Source: Bacteroidales bacterium (GTDB taxonomy: Bacteria > Bacteroidota > Bacteroidia > Bacteroidales > UBA6680). Taken from it: DNA of 44,550 nucleotides. Numbering within the stretch: position 1 is the stretch's first letter; each line of letters begins with the position of its first letter. Under the pieces are notes generated by a model. It was not told the origin of the DNA. It searched no databases and saw only the letters and a program-made list of their open reading frames with translations. Shown here piece after piece: positions 42,951 through 44,550 of this stretch. The position numbers and the translations under genes are program-made. Where the stretch lies: NCBI GenBank assembly GCA_016926405.1, contig JAFGOQ010000225.1, positions 1 through 44,550 on the forward strand. The letters run 5' to 3'.

Positions 42951-44550
42951 CTACTTATAACTAATATCGTAGCGTTTCATCTTTTCGTACAAAGTATTAC
43001 GACTAATACCAAGAGTCTTTGCCACCTTCGACATATTTCTATTATTAATTCTTATAGAGTCAATAATAGCGCGTTTCTCCATCTCCTTAAGAGTTAAAGG
43101 AATTAATTTATCGTCAGATATTTTTAATCCATCGTCGACAGTAGCAGTTGATGTTGAGAAATTAGAAAATGCCGAAAGATCTAGCTGCACATCACCATTA
43201 AAGTTCACAATCTTCTCAACAAAGTTTTCAAGCTCACGGATATTTCCTGGCCAATCGTGCGCCATTATATCATCGTACAACGACTGACGAATAACAGGAA
43301 TATCTTTATTTAACTTAAGAGCTTTGCGATTAAGGAAAAATTTCAACAACGAAGGAATATCGCTTCGTCTGTCTCTAAGTGGTGGAATCTCTATTGGAAT
43401 TACACTCAAACGATAGTAAAGGTCGAGACGGAATTTACCTTCGTCAACAAGTTTTCGCAGATTGCGATTTGTTGCTGCAATAATTCTAACATCAACAGGA
43501 ATAGTTTTTGTCCCACCAACACGAGTAACTTCGGCCTCTTGCAGTGCTCTAAGAAGCTTAACCTGCATGTCCATAGGCATTTCACCAACCTCATCAAGAA
43601 ACAAAGTTCCTGCATTTGCTACCTCAAACTTACCTGGATGACCGCCTTTTTTTGCCCCTGTAAAAGCACCATCGTCGTAACCAAAAAGTTCGCTTTCAAT
43701 AAGATTTTCGGGAATAGCACCACAGTTAATTGGCACAAAAGCATGAGAGGCTCTATCGCTGGCATTATGAATACTTTGCGCAATAACCTCTTTACCTGTT
43801 CCACTCTCGCCCTGAATTAATATTGTTGAAGGACTAGAAGCTACTGTTTGTGCATATTGCACAATACGCTTCATCTGCGGACTTTTATTAATAATGTCTT
43901 TAAAATGATAGCGAGCACGCATACCCGAATACTTATGAACAAGATTCATAATACGCTTAAACTCTCGAAACGAAAGAAGAATACCTGTAAGCTTGTCTTG
44001 AGCATTATATAAAGGATGCGAATTTATAATAAAGCGTTCTTTTCCTGCACCTACCTTAAACTCAACCTCTTCGTCGTGAATAAAAGTATAGGCTCTAACA
44101 ACTTTAAGAATAGTTTTATAATCGGGAATAAAATCACCAATAGACTTTCCAACAAGCTCTTCGTAAGGTTGTTTAAGAAACTTACCAGCAGTTGTGTTGG
44201 CACGTAAAATCTTACCATCTAAATCGAGAGCAAAAACACCAAATGAAAAGGTATTTATTATAGTATTAACATACTGATAAGCTTCGTCTAACTCTGTATG
44301 AATTTTTCTAGATTCAAACCTATCTTCTAAATATTTAGCACCTGCAATTGCTATACCTAAAGTATGCGAGTGAATAGAGTCGCAATGGCCAGCAAGGGTA
44401 AATGTACCTATAATATTTTTTAGCGAATCATGAATTGGGGCAGTAGAACAGGTCCACTTCTTATATGATTTTAAATAATGATCGTCACCAGAAAATTGTA
44501 AAGGTGTATCGGTAACTATAGAAGTGCCAATAGAATTGGCTCCTACTCTA
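42951..44550 (-). CDS. Sigma-54-dependent transcriptional activator, GAF-PAS-AAA+-HTH (AcoR-like), N-terminus beyond the window
   Basis: AAA+ blocks GESGTGKE, GAFTGA, ESELFGY and a C-terminal Fis-type HTH (MSKVAKTLGISRNTLYEKMKRY). My own translation upstream of the track start stays open to 44549 and reads as PAS (VFALDLDGKILRANTTAGKFL) and GAF-like sequence. Confidence 0.85.
   Translation of the reverse strand, partial: RVGANSIGTSIVTDTPLQFSGDDHYLKSYKKWTCSTAPIHDSLKNIIGTFTLAGHCDSIHSHTLGIAIAGAKYLEDRFESRKIHTELDEAYQYVNTIINTFSFGVFALDLDGKILRANTTAGKFLKQPYEELVGKSIGDFIPDYKTILKVVRAYTFIHDEEVEFKVGAGKERFIINSHPLYNAQDKLTGILLSFREFKRIMNLVHKYSGMRARYHFKDIINKSPQMKRIVQYAQTVASSPSTILIQGESGTGKEVIAQSIHNASDRASHAFVPINCGAIPENLIESELFGYDDGAFTGAKKGGHPGKFEVANAGTLFLDEVGEMPMDMQVKLLRALQEAEVTRVGGTKTIPVDVRIIAATNRNLRKLVDEGKFRLDLYYRLSVIPIEIPPLRDRRSDIPSLLKFFLNRKALKLNKDIPVIRQSLYDDIMAHDWPGNIRELENFVEKIVNFNGDVQLDLSAFSNFSTSTATVDDGLKISDDKLIPLTLKEMEKRAIIDSIRINNRNMSKVAKTLGISRNTLYEKMKRYDISYK

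Noticed and set aside
1-44550. tRNA, rRNA, tmRNA, RNase P or SRP RNA genes
   Set aside because: I found no T-loop (GGTTCGAATCC-like) or other conserved RNA cores while reading the intergenic regions. Absence is by eye only and should be confirmed with covariance-model scans.

Overview
AT-rich chromosomal window, most likely from an anaerobic member of the Bacteroidota. This is inferred from repeated TAnnTTTG -7 promoter motifs, a type III glutamine synthetase, a TPR/TolB-like OmpA protein, an M64 peptidase, a DUF4294-like protein and the near absence of Shine-Dalgarno sequences. Most of the window is housekeeping: arginine deiminase, an FMN riboswitch with ribB, pcm, gcvP, pyrF-prfA-purM, glnN, a tatA/ABC/TIGR02757/tRNA-methylase operon, MscS, patatin, and a partial GAF-PAS sigma-54 activator. 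I saw no rRNA, tRNA or CRISPR. Two parts stand out. (1) 16.48-25.19 kb is an 8.7-kb block in which every gene is on the minus strand: Fe-alcohol dehydrogenase, NfnAB-type transhydrogenase, then a five-gene module. That module holds a 2Fe-2S protein, a PAS-containing sensory-type [FeFe]-hydrogenase (proton-relay Cys replaced by Ala), a PP2C phosphatase, a second 2Fe-2S protein and a second non-canonical H-domain paralog. It looks like a hydrogen-sensing signalling system whose output partner is not encoded locally. This is my best candidate for the interesting system. (2) 14.35-16.40 kb is a 2-kb accessory islet wedged between the gcvP terminator and the hydrogenase-operon terminator. It holds a REP-associated tyrosine transposase (RayT), and three ladders of 21-nt half-REP units lie upstream of, inside (in frame) and across the 3' end of its gene. 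Each ladder is capped by a full GTAG/CTAC hairpin. The islet also carries a second REP variant with a swapped inner stem, an orphan 172-aa ORF and a GC-rich 6 x 21-nt tandem array. A further phased 21-nt palindromic array lies upstream of purM. All functional calls come from reading the translations and motifs by eye; no database search was run.
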